From Alphaproteobacteria bacterium (GTDB lineage Bacteria > Pseudomonadota > Alphaproteobacteria > JAAXGF01): a DNA stretch of 64,000 bases. Of the stretch, positions 21,538-32,564 are shown piece after piece. The position numbers were made by a program, and so were the translations under genes. The notes below the pieces were generated by a model, which saw only the letters and a list, made by a program, of their open reading frames with translations, had not been told where the DNA came from and did no database searches. The DNA is taken from assembly GCA_963555825.3 (NCBI GenBank), contig CAUVXB020000002.1:1760001-1824000 (forward strand), given 5' to 3'. How positions within the stretch are numbered: position 1 is the stretch's first letter; every line of letters starts with the position of its first letter.

Positions 21538-22104
21538 TCATCTGTCGCCCCTTCTCGGGCCGAGACTTCGAGGGCCCGCCTTCTTCCCCCGCTTGCGCGC
21601 CTCCCCGAACACATGCTCCGGCAGCGGCGCGGGCGTGCCGCCGGGCGCCAGCGGGCGTTCGGCGAAGCGGCCGAGGTTGAGCGCGCGGTCGTACATGACG
21701 ACCGCGCCGGCCGACGCCAGGTTGATGCAGAAGCCGGTCGGGATGCGCGCCAGGTGGTCGCAGCGCGCGACCATTGCCGCGCTCAGGCTGCCGCGTTCGG
21801 GGCCGAAGACGTAGGCCGCGCAGCGCGGGTGGCGAAAGCTCGGCAGTTCGGCCGCCTCGTCGAGGAGTTCGATGCCGACCAGCTTGCAGCGCTCGGGCAG
21901 CGTCAGCGCGGCGGCGTCGGCGAACTGGTAGAGCGGCAGGTTCTCGGGCGTCGCCGCGGTGTCGGCGAGCCCCGCCAGCCGGCCGTACTCGGCGTCGACG
22001 GTGAAGACGAAACTGGCGCCGAAGGCGTGCGCGGAGCGAAACAGGTTGCCCAGGTTCATCTCCTTGCTTATACCCTCGACGCCGATGCTGAAGTAGCCAC
22101 GCAT
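21538..22104 (-). CDS. TrmH/SpoU family RNA methyltransferase
   Basis: NLGNLFRSAHAFG, YVFGPERG, CINLASAGAVVMYDR. Confidence 0.9.
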   Translation of the reverse strand: MRGYFSIGVEGISKEMNLGNLFRSAHAFGASFVFTVDAEYGRLAGLADTAATPENLPLYQFADAAALTLPERCKLVGIELLDEAAELPSFRHPRCAAYVFGPERGSLSAAMVARCDHLARIPTGFCINLASAGAVVMYDRALNLGRFAERPLAPGGTPAPLPEHVFGEARKRGKKAGPRSLGPRRGDR

Positions 22105-22176
22105 GGCCCAAGCCTGCACCCGGCGGGCCGCCGAGGCAAGCGCCGCGCCGTTCCCCGAACCGGATGCACCGAGACC

Positions 22177-23214
22177 ATGAACACACAACCCGTCAATCCG
22201 ATCGCGGCCGCCAATCCGATCGCGGTCGAGGTGACCCGCGGCGACACGGTCGAAAGCCGCCACCGCGCCTGCGCCGTCGTTGCCGACGCGACAGGCGCCA
22301 TCGTCGCGCGTTGGGGCGACGTCGAGGCGCCGGTCTTCCCGCGCTCGGCGATCAAGCCGATCCAGGCGCTGCCGCTGGTCGAGACCGGCGCCGCCGAGCG
22401 CTTCGGCTTGTCCGACGCCGAGCTGGCGCTCGCCTGCGCCTCGCACGCCGCCGAGCCGATGCATATCGCGGTCGTCGAGCCGTGGTTGGCGCGCATCGGC
22501 CTCGGCGAGGCCGACCTCGAATGCGGCGCCCACCTGCCGAGCAGCGAGGCCGCGGCGATCGCGCTGCTGCAGGGCGGCGGGACGCCGAGCCAACTGCACA
22601 ACAACTGTTCGGGCAAGCACACCGGTTTCCTGACCACCGCGGTGCATCGGGGCGAGCGGCCGGTCGGCTACATCCACCTCGACCACCCGGTGCAGCAGCG
22701 CGTCCTCAGCGCGATCGGCGAGATGGCCGGCGTCGACATGGCGCGCGCGCCGGTCGGCATCGACGGCTGCTCGATCCCGACGCTGGCCATCCCGCTCGCC
22801 GCGCTGGCCACCGCCTTCGCCCGTTTCGCCGAGCCGTCGGGTCTGGCGCCAGAGCGTATCGCCGCGACCGAGCGCATCCGCGCGGCGATGACCGCGAATC
22901 CTGAGATGATCTCGGGCACCGGCCGCCTGTGCACGCGGCTGGTCGCCGCGTCAGGCGGCCGCATTATCGCCAAGACCGGCGCCGAGGGCGTCTATGCCGC
23001 GGCTCTGCCCGAAGCCGGCCTCGGCGTCGCGGTCAAGGCCGACGACGGCGCCCACCGCGCCGCCGAGGTCACGTTGATCGCCGTGCTGCGCCATCTCGGC
23101 GCGCTCGACGACGGCCTCGCGGCCGAGCTCGCCGGTTTCGCCGAGGCGCCGCTGATCAATCGCGCCGGCCGCCACATTGGCGTCGTGCGTACCGCCGCCG
23201 GCTGGCCGGCATGA
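22177..23214 (+). CDS. Asparaginase (Rhizobium AnsA/asparaginase II-type)
   Basis: VESRH, RSAIKPIQA, HNNCSGKH, DGC, AKTGAEG. Confidence 0.9.
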   Translation: MNTQPVNPIAAANPIAVEVTRGDTVESRHRACAVVADATGAIVARWGDVEAPVFPRSAIKPIQALPLVETGAAERFGLSDAELALACASHAAEPMHIAVVEPWLARIGLGEADLECGAHLPSSEAAAIALLQGGGTPSQLHNNCSGKHTGFLTTAVHRGERPVGYIHLDHPVQQRVLSAIGEMAGVDMARAPVGIDGCSIPTLAIPLAALATAFARFAEPSGLAPERIAATERIRAAMTANPEMISGTGRLCTRLVAASGGRIIAKTGAEGVYAAALPEAGLGVAVKADDGAHRAAEVTLIAVLRHLGALDDGLAAELAGFAEAPLINRAGRHIGVVRTAAGWPA

Positions 23215-24206
23215 CCGGGACGATGCGCGCGGTGGTCTGCCGGGCCTGGGGGACGCCCGAGGACCTGACCGTCGAGGACGTGGCGGCGCCGACGGCCGGC
23301 CCGGGCGAGGTTCGCATCGCGGTCGCCGCCGCCGGCGTCAACTTCGCCGACACGCTGTTGATCGCCGGCAAGTACCAGGAGAAGCCCGACTTCCCCTTCA
23401 CGCCGGGCATGGAGATCGCCGGCGAAGTCGTCGCATGCGGCGCCGGCGTCGAGGGCTTCGCAGCCGGCGACCGGGTGATGGCCGGCGTCGGCGTCGGCGG
23501 CTTCGCCGAGCAGGCGGTCGCCAAGGCCGACGATGTCATCCTCATGCCCGACGCCATGAGCTACGCGCAAGCCACCGGCTTCTCGGTGACCTACGGCACG
23601 GCGCATATCGCGCTCGGCCACCGCGCCAATCTCGCGGCCGGCGAGACGCTGCTGGTGCTCGGCGCGGCCGGCGGCGTCGGCCTGACCACGGTCGAGGTCG
23701 GCAAGGCGATGGGCGCCACGGTGATCGCCGCCGCGAGCGACGCCGGCAAGCTCGTGCTCGCCGCCGAGCACGGCGCCGACCACCTGATCGATTACCGCGC
23801 CGAGGATATGCGCGCGCGCGTCAAGGAGATCACGCAAGGCGCCGGCTGCGACGTCATCTTCGATCCGGTCGGCGGCGACGCCTTCGACACGGCGCTGCGC
23901 TGCATCGCCTGGGAGGGCCGCATCCTCGCCGTCGGCTTCGCCTCGGGGCGCATTCCGCAGGTCCCGGCGAACATCCTGTTGGTCAAGAACTGCGCCGTCG
24001 TCGGCGTCTACTGGGGCGCCTACCGGCGGCGCGACCCGGCGCTGTTCCGCGCCTCGTTCGACGAACTGTTCGCTTGGTTCGGGCAAGGCAAGCTGAAGCC
24101 CCACGTCTCGAACGACTATGCGTTGGAAGAGGTCGGCGAAGCGCTCAACGCGCTGATCGCGCGCAAGGCGACCGGCAAGGTCGTGCTGACGACTGGGCGG
24201 GACTAA
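23211..24206 (+). CDS. NADPH:quinone oxidoreductase (MDR family)
   Basis: GVNFAD, PFTPGME, GAAGGVG. Confidence 0.92.
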   Translation: MTGTMRAVVCRAWGTPEDLTVEDVAAPTAGPGEVRIAVAAAGVNFADTLLIAGKYQEKPDFPFTPGMEIAGEVVACGAGVEGFAAGDRVMAGVGVGGFAEQAVAKADDVILMPDAMSYAQATGFSVTYGTAHIALGHRANLAAGETLLVLGAAGGVGLTTVEVGKAMGATVIAAASDAGKLVLAAEHGADHLIDYRAEDMRARVKEITQGAGCDVIFDPVGGDAFDTALRCIAWEGRILAVGFASGRIPQVPANILLVKNCAVVGVYWGAYRRRDPALFRASFDELFAWFGQGKLKPHVSNDYALEEVGEALNALIARKATGKVVLTTGRD

Positions 24207-24213
24207 ACGGACG

Positions 24214-25475
24214 ATGGCCGACGCACCGGGCGATGCCGAGGTCCGCGCCCAGTACGAGGCGTATCCCTACCCGGCGCGCGACCCGGCCGACGAGGCCAAG
24301 CGCCTGATCACCGGCTCGCCGAGCCACCTCGACGAGATCAACCACTACGTCTTCGCCGGCCGGCTCGACACACGCCGGCCGTTTCGCGCGCTGATCGCCG
24401 GCGGCGGCACCGGCGACGCGACGATCATGCTGGCGCAGCAGTTGGCCGACCGCGGGTGTCCCGCCGAGGTCGTCTATCTCGATATCTCGGCCGCCTCGCT
24501 GGCCATCGCCCGAGCGCGCGCCGAGGTCCGCGGCCTGACCAATCTGCGTTTCGTGCAAGGCTCGCTCGACGACATCGGCGCGCTCGCCGCCGGTCCCTAC
24601 GATTACACGACTGCTGCGGCGTGCTGCACCACCTGGCCGAGCCGGCCGCCGGGCTCGCGGCGCTCGCCGGCCAGCTCGCCGAGGGCGGCGGCATGGGCTT
24701 GATGCTCTATGGCGCGCTGGGGCGCACCGGCGTCTACCACGCCCAGGACATTCTCAAGCTGATCGCGGCCGGCGCGGACGACGCAACGCGTCTCGACGTC
24801 GCGCGGCGCCTGATCAAAGGCCTGCCCGAGACCAACTGGCTGGCCCGCAACCGCTATGTCCGCGATCACCTGGACGGCGGCGACGCCGGGCTCTACGACC
24901 TGCTGCTGCACAGCCGCGACCGCGCCTACACGGTGCCCGAGATCGGCGCCATGGTCGAGGCCGCCGGTCTCGCGATCACCGGCTTCATCGAACCGGCGCT
25001 CTACGATCCGGCCAATTATCTCGCCGATAGCGAGCTGACGCCGCGTGTCGCCGCGCTGCCCTGGCTCGAGCGCTGTGCCGTCGCCGAGCTGCTCGGCGGC
25101 ACGCTCAAGCGGCATACCTTCTACGTCGTCGCGAAGCGCCACGCGGCCGAGGCGGTCGCGGCGCCCGATGACCGCCGCGCCGTGCCGCTGCTGCGCGACG
25201 CCGACGGCGCCGCGATGGCCGGGCCGCTGCGGGCCGGCGGCCGGATCAAGGCCGAATTGGACGGCGTCGCGCTGAGCTATCCGGTGCTACCGCTCGCCGC
25301 CGCCATCCTGGCCGCCATCGACGGCAAGCGCGATCTGGGCGAGATCCAACGCCGCGTCGGCCGGGCCGCGGGCCGCAGTCTCAACCGCGACGAATTCCGC
25401 ACCGCCTTCGACACGCTCTACGCGGCGCTCAATGCGCTCAACGTCATGCTCATCGCGCGCCCGCCCAAGCGCTAG
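24214..25475 (+). pseudogene. Class I SAM methyltransferase, frameshift near 24608
   Basis: QYEAYPYP, LIAGGGTG in one frame, DCCGVLHHL in another; one base appears missing in DYIDC. Confidence 0.75.
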
Positions 25476-25746
25476 CCCGGCTTTCTCACCAAGGACAGGT
25501 GCGGCACGGCGGATTTCGGCCGACAGGCTAGGAAAGGTGTGCAGCGCGATGCTTGCGCATCGGGCAAGCGCTTTGACGCGGCCTGTCGTCCGAGATCCGC
25601 CGCCCTTAAGGGTCGCGCCGGGCGGGGCGGGCGCGGCGTCGAAGGCCTTGACCGTGGCCCAGGCCACGCTCGGCAGCCTTCTCCTGGCGGATCGGCGACC
25701 GCCCGACGCGATGACGCGCCTGTCCTTGGTGAGAAATCCGGGCTAG
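25472..25746. mobile_element. 275-bp MITE with ~28-bp TIRs and CTAG ends
   Basis: CTAGCCCGG(C/A)TTTCTCACCAAGGACAGG at both ends, no transposase. Confidence 0.85.
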
Positions 25747-25985
25747 TTCTTTGTGCGGTCACCTAAAGGTGACCTGCGCTCAATCGCCGCGCATGCCATT
25801 CTTGATCCCACAAGGCCATTCTTGATCCCACAAGGCCATTCTTGATCCCACAAGGCCATTCTTGATCCCACAAGGCCATTCTTGGCCATTCTTGATCCCA
25901 CAAGGCCATTCGATCGATGATCCCACAAGGATTCTTGATCCCACAGTGCCATCGGCCTTGATCCCACAAAGCCATTCTTGATCCG
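25744..25985 (+). repeat. MITE-like element copy C with ~8 x 20-bp units, degenerating rightwards
   Basis: CTTGATCCCACAAGGCCATT tandem array. Confidence 0.88.
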
Positions 25986-27012
25986 GCACGAAGGTCGAAC
26001 CGGGCCGAGCAGCAGGCCATTCTAATCGATCGCGGCCTGGCACAGCGCGGCGCCGTCCAGCCAGCCGCTCGGCGAAGCGCGGCAAGGCGATCGAGCCGGC
26101 GCGCGGCCGCTGCCATGTCAGCTTGTCCCGCTGGCGCGCGAAGAAGGCGTCGAGCAGCGCGAGGTTGCCCTCGATGATCTCGAGATTCCTGCCGATGACC
26201 GCGTCACGCTGGCGCAGCGCCACCGTGGCGAGGAACTCGCTGGGCGCCGAATTGCAGATCGTCGTGTAGTCCTTGAAGCCGGCCATGGCGTCATAGACGG
26301 CGCGGTTGCGCGTGGCGATCCAGCCGATGCGCAGGCCGGCGAGCCCGAAGCTCTTCGACATGACGCCCAGCGAGACGCCGTTCTCATAGGCGTCGCAGGC
26401 GGCCGGCAAGCGGTCGGCCGGGTCGAATTCCAAGAGCCGGTAAACCTCGTCGCAGAACAGCACCAGGCCGTGGCCGCGGCAGATCTCGACGATGCGCTCG
26501 AAGACGGCATGCGGCGCCAGGAAGCCGGTCGGGTTGTGCGGCAGGTTGACGACCAGCGCCCGGGTGTCGGGCCGGATCAGGCGTTCCAGCTCGTCGAGCG
26601 AGAGCGCCCAGCCGAACTCCTCGCGCGCCGGCCATTCGCCAATCTCGAAGCCGAGCGCGCGCGGCAGTTCGGTCAGCGACTGATAGCACGGCGTCTGCAC
26701 GATGACGTGGCCTCCCGGCTCGAGGGCGGCATTCATGAAGCCGAAGATGGCCTCCTCGGCGCCCGAGTGCACCAGCACACGGTCCGCCTCGACGCTGTCG
26801 TACAGCCCGGCGATCTCGGCGCGCAGGACGGGGTTGCCGGACGATTCGGTATAGCCGAGCCAGAGCTCGCGGAACGCCGCCTCGGCGCCCGGTTCGAGCG
26901 CCAGCAGCGCCTCGACCGACAGCGCCTCGCAGTCCGAGGCGCACAACAGGTAGGGTGCGCTGAACTCGTGCGCGGCGAAGAAGCGTTCGAGCGCGAAGGG
27001 CGGGATTTTCAT
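25780..27012 (-). pseudogene. Class I/II PLP aminotransferase with corrupted 3' end
   Basis: NLPHNPTG, DEVY, SKSFGLAGLRIGW; C-terminus merges into the 20-bp repeat. Confidence 0.8.
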
Positions 27013-27167
27013 GAGCACCTCGTGGCGCGGGCGGAGACCGAACTAGCCAGTCAGATAGAGCACCCGAGAGGCGACGTCGAGTGGGGCGCGCGCGCCAGAA
27101 TCGAAACGCGCGCCCCGCATTTCGGCGCGGGACGCGCGTTCGATGGCCCCTGTCATGAGGCGGTCTC

Positions 27168-27443
27168 CTAGGAACGCCACACCGGCTTGTCGAATTCCGT
27201 GAGCGCCGCGGCGCGGCTGACGCCGATGTCGTCGAGCATGCGGCTCTCGAGCCCGACCATTTGGCGGCGCTGGTGCGCCCGGGCGTACCAGGTGACGACG
27301 AGGCCCAGCGTGTCGACGGCCGCGTTGCGCAGCGCGTCAATGAAATCGGTGGGTGTGTAGCCGACCGGCGCGGGCTGGACGCCTGCCTCGGAAATCCGCG
27401 ACTGGGCGGCGCTGAAAGTGATCGTCTGAGCCTGGTTCGTCAT
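27168..27443 (-). CDS. DUF1127 small protein
   Basis: RAHQRRQMVGLESRMLDDIGVSR...KPVWR; divergent from LysR. Confidence 0.85.
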   Translation of the reverse strand: MTNQAQTITFSAAQSRISEAGVQPAPVGYTPTDFIDALRNAAVDTLGLVVTWYARAHQRRQMVGLESRMLDDIGVSRAAALTEFDKPVWRS

Positions 27444-27789
27444 CGTCTTGTCTCCTCTTTCCTGCATCGCGCGGGCCGTCTGCCCTGGCGACGTCGTGTC
27501 TGTTGTGGATGATAAATAGGTATTCGGAAGACCGGCGACAAACGATGATTTTTCATCATATTAATAAGAAAAACTAATGCGAAAGAATTTCGAGACGATC
27601 GACTCTCAGCCACCATGGATAGCTGTGTTCCACCCGCAGTCGCTATGGATAGAGGCTTGAAAACAGGCAATATACGAAGGTTCGTGCAATACTGCCATGC
27701 GCGTAACGCGGGGCTCGATGCCAAACATCGGGGCTTGCCGCCGTACGATGTGTCGCTTAAAATGGATCAGGTCACTTTATTCGAGAAAT

Positions 27790-28698
27790 ATGGCCCGTCG
27801 ACTGCCACCACTGAACGCGCTGCGTGCCTTCGAGGCCGCCGCCAGGCACCTTAGCTTCACCCGCGCGGCCGAGGAGCTGAACGTCACCCAGGCGGCGATC
27901 AGCCATCAGGTGAAGACGCTCGAGGAACGCCTCGGGGTGATGCTGTTCCGCCGCCTCAACCGTCGGCTGCTCTTGACCGACGCGGGCCAGGCCTATCTGC
28001 CGCCGGTGCGCGAGGCGTTCGACGGCATCGCCGCGGCGACCGGCCGGCTGACTGCCCGCGACAGCGCCGGCGCCCTGACGGTCAGCGTGATTCCGTCATT
28101 CGCCGGCACTTGGCTGGTGCCCAAGCTGAGTTCGTTCCGCGCCCGGCAACCCGATGTCGACGTGCGCATCTCGCCGTCGTTCGAGCTGATCGATTTCACG
28201 CGCGAGGACATCGACGTCGCGATCCGCTACGGCCGCGGCAACTGGCCGGGCCTGCGCTGCGACTGGCTGATGGCCGAGGAGCTGATCCCGGTGTGCAGCC
28301 CCGCGCTGCTCGACGGCGCGGCGCCGTTGCGCACGCCGTCCGATTTGCGCCACCACACGCTGCTGCACGACGATCACCGGGTCGACTGGCGTGTCTGGCT
28401 GATGGCCGTCGGCATCGACGATATCGACGCGACGCACGGCCCGTCGTTCACCGATTCGAGTCTGGTGCTGCTCGCCGCCGCCGAAGGCCAGGGCGTCGCG
28501 CTCGGGCGCAGCGCGCTGGCCGAGCGCGACATCGCCGCCGGCCGCCTGGTCAGGCCGTTCGACATCAGCGTGCCGGCCGAGCTGGCCTACTATCTGGTGT
28601 GCCCCGAGGCGACCGCCGAGCGGCCCAAGATCGTCGCCTTCCGCGACTGGCTGATCGAGATGACCGGCGGCCGCGCGGCGGGTGCGGAGTCGCCTTGA
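27790..28698 (+). CDS. gcvA: GcvA-like LysR transcriptional regulator
   Basis: LPPLNALRAFEAAARHLSFTRAAEELNVTQAAISHQ, DVAIRYGRGNWPG. Confidence 0.85.
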   Translation: MARRLPPLNALRAFEAAARHLSFTRAAEELNVTQAAISHQVKTLEERLGVMLFRRLNRRLLLTDAGQAYLPPVREAFDGIAAATGRLTARDSAGALTVSVIPSFAGTWLVPKLSSFRARQPDVDVRISPSFELIDFTREDIDVAIRYGRGNWPGLRCDWLMAEELIPVCSPALLDGAAPLRTPSDLRHHTLLHDDHRVDWRVWLMAVGIDDIDATHGPSFTDSSLVLLAAAEGQGVALGRSALAERDIAAGRLVRPFDISVPAELAYYLVCPEATAERPKIVAFRDWLIEMTGGRAAGAESP

Positions 28699-28997
28699 AC
28701 GGCGCGCATGTCGGGTTACGGCCCTGAAGTTCCACGCAATTGACTCCCGTAGCCGCTTTATCACAGACAGCGCCATCCATGATGCCGCGGCGACAGGCAT
28801 TTACGTCGACACGGCACCCGCCAAACTGGCGGTTGCGTTGGGGCATCCGATAAGGCCTTGCTGCGTTGGTCGGCGATGGCCACACGAATACGGGGCCGAC
28901 GCGTTGCAGTTGATCCCTGGCATTCGACATTTCCGGGCCTTTTGGATAGGTTGGCGTATGGTGTTGGCCCAGAACTATTGTCAGCTAACAGGGGACG

Positions 28998-30353
28998 ATG
29001 GTGAGCGGCGCACGGGGCAAAAATGGTGAATCTGAGCGCCGAAAATCGGTGATCGCAGCTGGTCGCGACGACACTGAGCGATGGCATGATCTTACAAATT
29101 TCGAGGATTCGTGGAACGCGCGCGCAATGCGGGCGGCCGATTACATTCCCGCCGGGGCCCGGGTGCTCGATCTTGGCTGCGGCACGATGTCACTTGAGCA
29201 GTTTCTTCCAGATGGTTGCGTTTACTTGCCGTGCGACCTAACGCAGCGCGATTCACGCACACAAGTTTGCAATTTTAACGCCGGCGAGATGCCCGATCTG
29301 TCCGATGCGGACATCGTAACGGTGCTTGGCGTGCTCGAGTATCTCTACGACGCACCCGGCTTCATCCGCCGACTTGCGGAAGCTGGGAAGCCCATCATTT
29401 TGAGTTATTGCCCGACCGACACGACAGCGAATCTCGACCGTCGAGGGCTCGGATGGATCAACGATTACAGCCTGAGCGACATTCGCAGCATGGTCGAAAC
29501 TGATCGGTTCAGCATTCGCCGCCACGATCAAATTGATCAGATTCAATCGATTTTTCTCTTGTGTTCGCCGTCGCCTGCGCTGTCGCCACCGAAATCAGTT
29601 CTGGTTCTATCGTACAACAACGTCGGAAATTTTGGCGATCGGCTGGGCTATCACCTTGTAAATGCGGCGTTGCCGTCGAACACCGAAGTCACGTTTGCGA
29701 ACTTTAAACCTTGGAACGTTCCGTCAGACGATTTTGATCTACTGGTGCTGGGTATCGGCAACAGCTTGTTCACACCGCTCCTTACTGACGATCTGGTTCA
29801 TTTACTCAATAGGATTCCTGCCAGCGTTGGAATCTTCGGCACGCAGTATCGACAACAAATTCCCCGCCACCGGCTCGAGGCTGTGTTGGATCGATTGACC
29901 GTCTGGTACGCGCGGTATCAAGAAGACATCCAATATTTCGGGCGCGGGCGATCAAATGTCCAGCATCTTGGAGATTGGCTTATCTCGGCGTTCCCGATGA
30001 CGACGGGTCGGAATACGCAACCGCTGACGATCGGCGACGAAATTTGGGACGATCTGCCGCTGGATCGGACAATTCAGCACATACAGTCTTACGCCAAGGT
30101 CTTGTCCACCCGTGTCCACCCTTTGCTCTGCGCGGTTACAAGTGCCGAAGAGGTTGCCTATCGCGAACAGTGGGAGTCCGGGGACGAAAACCCATCGGGC
30201 AAGTTTCGCTCTATGCTGATCGACGTGTTTGGTCGAACATTTCCCGAAGAACGTTACTGCCCGGTGGACCGACACGCTGTGCGTTCGTACAAGCGACTTG
30301 TCGATACCTCGGTTGCCACGCTTCGGGCCGACTTGGCGAGATTGCTGACGTAA
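28998..30353 (+). CDS. SAM methyltransferase fused to polysaccharide pyruvyltransferase-like domain
   Basis: VLDLGCG in N-half; NVGNFGDRLG and STRVHP in C-half; lower GC than flanks. Confidence 0.6.
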   Translation: MVSGARGKNGESERRKSVIAAGRDDTERWHDLTNFEDSWNARAMRAADYIPAGARVLDLGCGTMSLEQFLPDGCVYLPCDLTQRDSRTQVCNFNAGEMPDLSDADIVTVLGVLEYLYDAPGFIRRLAEAGKPIILSYCPTDTTANLDRRGLGWINDYSLSDIRSMVETDRFSIRRHDQIDQIQSIFLLCSPSPALSPPKSVLVLSYNNVGNFGDRLGYHLVNAALPSNTEVTFANFKPWNVPSDDFDLLVLGIGNSLFTPLLTDDLVHLLNRIPASVGIFGTQYRQQIPRHRLEAVLDRLTVWYARYQEDIQYFGRGRSNVQHLGDWLISAFPMTTGRNTQPLTIGDEIWDDLPLDRTIQHIQSYAKVLSTRVHPLLCAVTSAEEVAYREQWESGDENPSGKFRSMLIDVFGRTFPEERYCPVDRHAVRSYKRLVDTSVATLRADLARLLT

Positions 30354-30411
30354 TTATTGCTTGGGTGGACCCACGGCGGGGAGATGACCGCCATGGCGCT
30401 CGCGGACGACC

Positions 30412-30744
30412 TCATTCCGACTTGACGACCTGGTCGTCGGGCGCTGCGAGGCCCTCGGGCACGCCGTCGGCGAGCAGGAAACGCGACTCGGACGAGGCGT
30501 GGCGGAACTTCATGACGGCTTGGTATTCGGGCGAGGCGTGGAACGTCTTGGCGGCCTGAAGGGAAGGGAACTCGAGCACCACCAGACGGTCGTCGAACGG
30601 CGGCCCCTCGAGCGCCTCGACGGCGCCGCCGCGCACCAGGAAGCGGCCACCGTGCTTGGCGATCAACGCCGGCGTCTCGGCGGTGTATTTCCTGTAGGTC
30701 TCCGGATCGTCGACCCGCACCAGACAGACCAGATAGGCGCTCAT
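30412..30744 (-). CDS. DUF1330 protein
   Basis: HGGRFLVRGG, VVLEFPS, SPEYQ. Confidence 0.9.
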   Translation of the reverse strand: MSAYLVCLVRVDDPETYRKYTAETPALIAKHGGRFLVRGGAVEALEGPPFDDRLVVLEFPSLQAAKTFHASPEYQAVMKFRHASSESRFLLADGVPEGLAAPDDQVVKSE

Positions 30745-30761
30745 ATCGATTTCCTCCGGAA

Positions 30762-30833
30762 CTTTGGTTTTCGGTCACCTTCGGTGACCTGCGCTCAATC
30801 GCCGCGCATGCTTCCGCCGAACGGTCGGCGGCC
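30762..30833 (+). repeat. MITE-like element copy D (short, no 20-bp unit)
   Basis: GGTCACCTTCGGTGACCTGCGCTCAATCGCCGCGCATGC...CCGAACGGTCGGCGGCC. Confidence 0.75.
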
Positions 30834-30883
30834 TGCGGTCGCAGGCTGGCATCGGTCAAACGAGTGGCCTCGTTCGGCCGATG

Positions 30884-32086
30884 CTAATCGGCCTGCTCGA
30901 GCGAGGCGGCAGCCGGCGCGCGGCGCTCGGGCGGCAGGAACAGGGCGGCGACCGCGACGACCAGCGCCATGGTGCCGAGGATCGTGAACAGCAGCGCGAA
31001 ATCGCCGGTGCGCGCGTGGATCAGCGCGACCATCGGTATGGCGAGCGCGGCGACGCCGAGCGCGATGACGAACTTGGCGCCGTAGATCGTCGCGCGCCAG
31101 GCGACCGGCGTGTGGCGCGCCACCACGACCTCGCTCACCGGCAGGGCGCCGACGTTGAGGAAGACGAAGACAATGGCGATCAACATCAACGGCAGGTCGA
31201 AGAGATCGGCGGCGAGGAACAGGAGCGGCGCCTGCAACAAAAAGATGATCGAGAACAGCGGCTTCAGCGGATATCGGTCGACCAGATGGCCGACGGCGAT
31301 CTGCGCAAAGCCGGCCACCGCGTAGACGATCGAGACCATGAGGCCGATCCCCAGCGTACCCGTTACCAGCCCGGTGAGGCGGATGTCGAACACCTTGGGC
31401 AGGCCGATCGTCATCGACTGGAAGATCATCCCGCCACACAGCGAGGTCACCGCGATGACGCACATCATTCGGATCGTGTCGGCGCGCGCCGGTTCGGCCT
31501 GCGCGACGCGGTCTTCGGCCTGGGTCGCCATAGCGCCTGAGCGCGCGAATAGCGCGAAGGCGACGCCGGTGGCGACGGCGACGGCGCCGGGCAGGATGAA
31601 GGCGGCGCGCCAACTGACCAGGTCGGTCAGCGCGCCGGCGATCAGCGCCGCGGCGGCAACGCCGAGATTGCCGAACAGGCCGTTGACGCCGATCGCCTTG
31701 CCGCGCCGCGCCGCGTGGCGCACGACCCAGGCGGTGCCAACCGGATGGTAGATCGAGGCGAACACGCCGATCAACGTCAGCCCGACGCCGATGCCCAAGG
31801 GCGATTGGGCGAGGCCGGTGAGGATCGACGCGCCGCCGGTGCCGATGAAGAACACCGTCAGCATGCCCATGGCCGACCAGCGGTCGCTCAGCCAGCCGGC
31901 CGGCAAGGCGCACACCCCGAAGGCGATGAAGCCGGGCAGCGAGTACGGCAAGAGCTCGCCGTACGGCAGGTCGAAGACGCCCTCGAGCGCCACCACCACG
32001 GTCGCGTACAGCAGCATGAAGATGTGCGAATAGGCGTGTCCGACGCAGGCGAATGCGAGCGACAGACCCGACGATTTCTCCGACAT
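30884..32086 (-). CDS. MFS transporter
   Basis: Multiple TM segments, AGWLSDRWS, ASIYHPVG. Confidence 0.88.
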   Translation of the reverse strand: MSEKSSGLSLAFACVGHAYSHIFMLLYATVVVALEGVFDLPYGELLPYSLPGFIAFGVCALPAGWLSDRWSAMGMLTVFFIGTGGASILTGLAQSPLGIGVGLTLIGVFASIYHPVGTAWVVRHAARRGKAIGVNGLFGNLGVAAAALIAGALTDLVSWRAAFILPGAVAVATGVAFALFARSGAMATQAEDRVAQAEPARADTIRMMCVIAVTSLCGGMIFQSMTIGLPKVFDIRLTGLVTGTLGIGLMVSIVYAVAGFAQIAVGHLVDRYPLKPLFSIIFLLQAPLLFLAADLFDLPLMLIAIVFVFLNVGALPVSEVVVARHTPVAWRATIYGAKFVIALGVAALAIPMVALIHARTGDFALLFTILGTMALVVAVAALFLPPERRAPAAASLEQAD

Positions 32087-32158
32087 GTTTGAGCCTCGGC
32101 GCCCAGGAATAACGACTAACGGTTTAGAGCGTTATGGCCGGCGCGGCAAACGTCGCGA

Positions 32159-32496
32159 TCAGTCGTCCCGCGCCGCTTCGGCCGGCCCGAGCGCGTGTTG
32201 CAGGGCGCCGAGGTGCCGCTCGAACAAGCGCCAGCGTTCGACCGACGAGGAGTAGATCGGGCGCCGCACCTGGGCCGCGCTGGCGGTCAGCACGGGCCGC
32301 TCGGTCTTGTCGAAGTCGAGACAGCGGTCGTCCCAGTCGAGACCGCAGTGCGCGACCAGGCGGCGCGCCGCGCCCTCGAGGTCGGCGACGACGTCCTCGT
32401 AACGCAGCTCGCAAATGCGCCCGGGCAACACCGCCCGCCAGTGGCCCATCATGCGCTCGTACAGCCGGTAGTAGAGGCCGAGCTCGGTGAGGTCGT
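32159..32496 (-). pseudogene. C-terminal part of TPR-sulfotransferase
   Basis: DLTELGLYY...MMGHW...YEDVV...TASAAQVRRPIY; continues the 39135-41058 frame. Confidence 0.9.
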
Positions 32497-32564
32497 GAGC
32501 TATAACCGAATCTTGACGGGGCGGTAAAAAGTCGATTCCTCATGAGAGTCGGCTGGATTATAAT

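Noticed and set aside
24600-24615. Programmed frameshift in the methyltransferase
   Set aside because: No slippery run; a single missing base fits mutation or sequencing error
27085-27150. Cuckoo/CcsR-type sRNA downstream of DUF1127
   Set aside because: A GC hairpin is present but no CCTCCTCCC loop motifs; treated as a probable terminator
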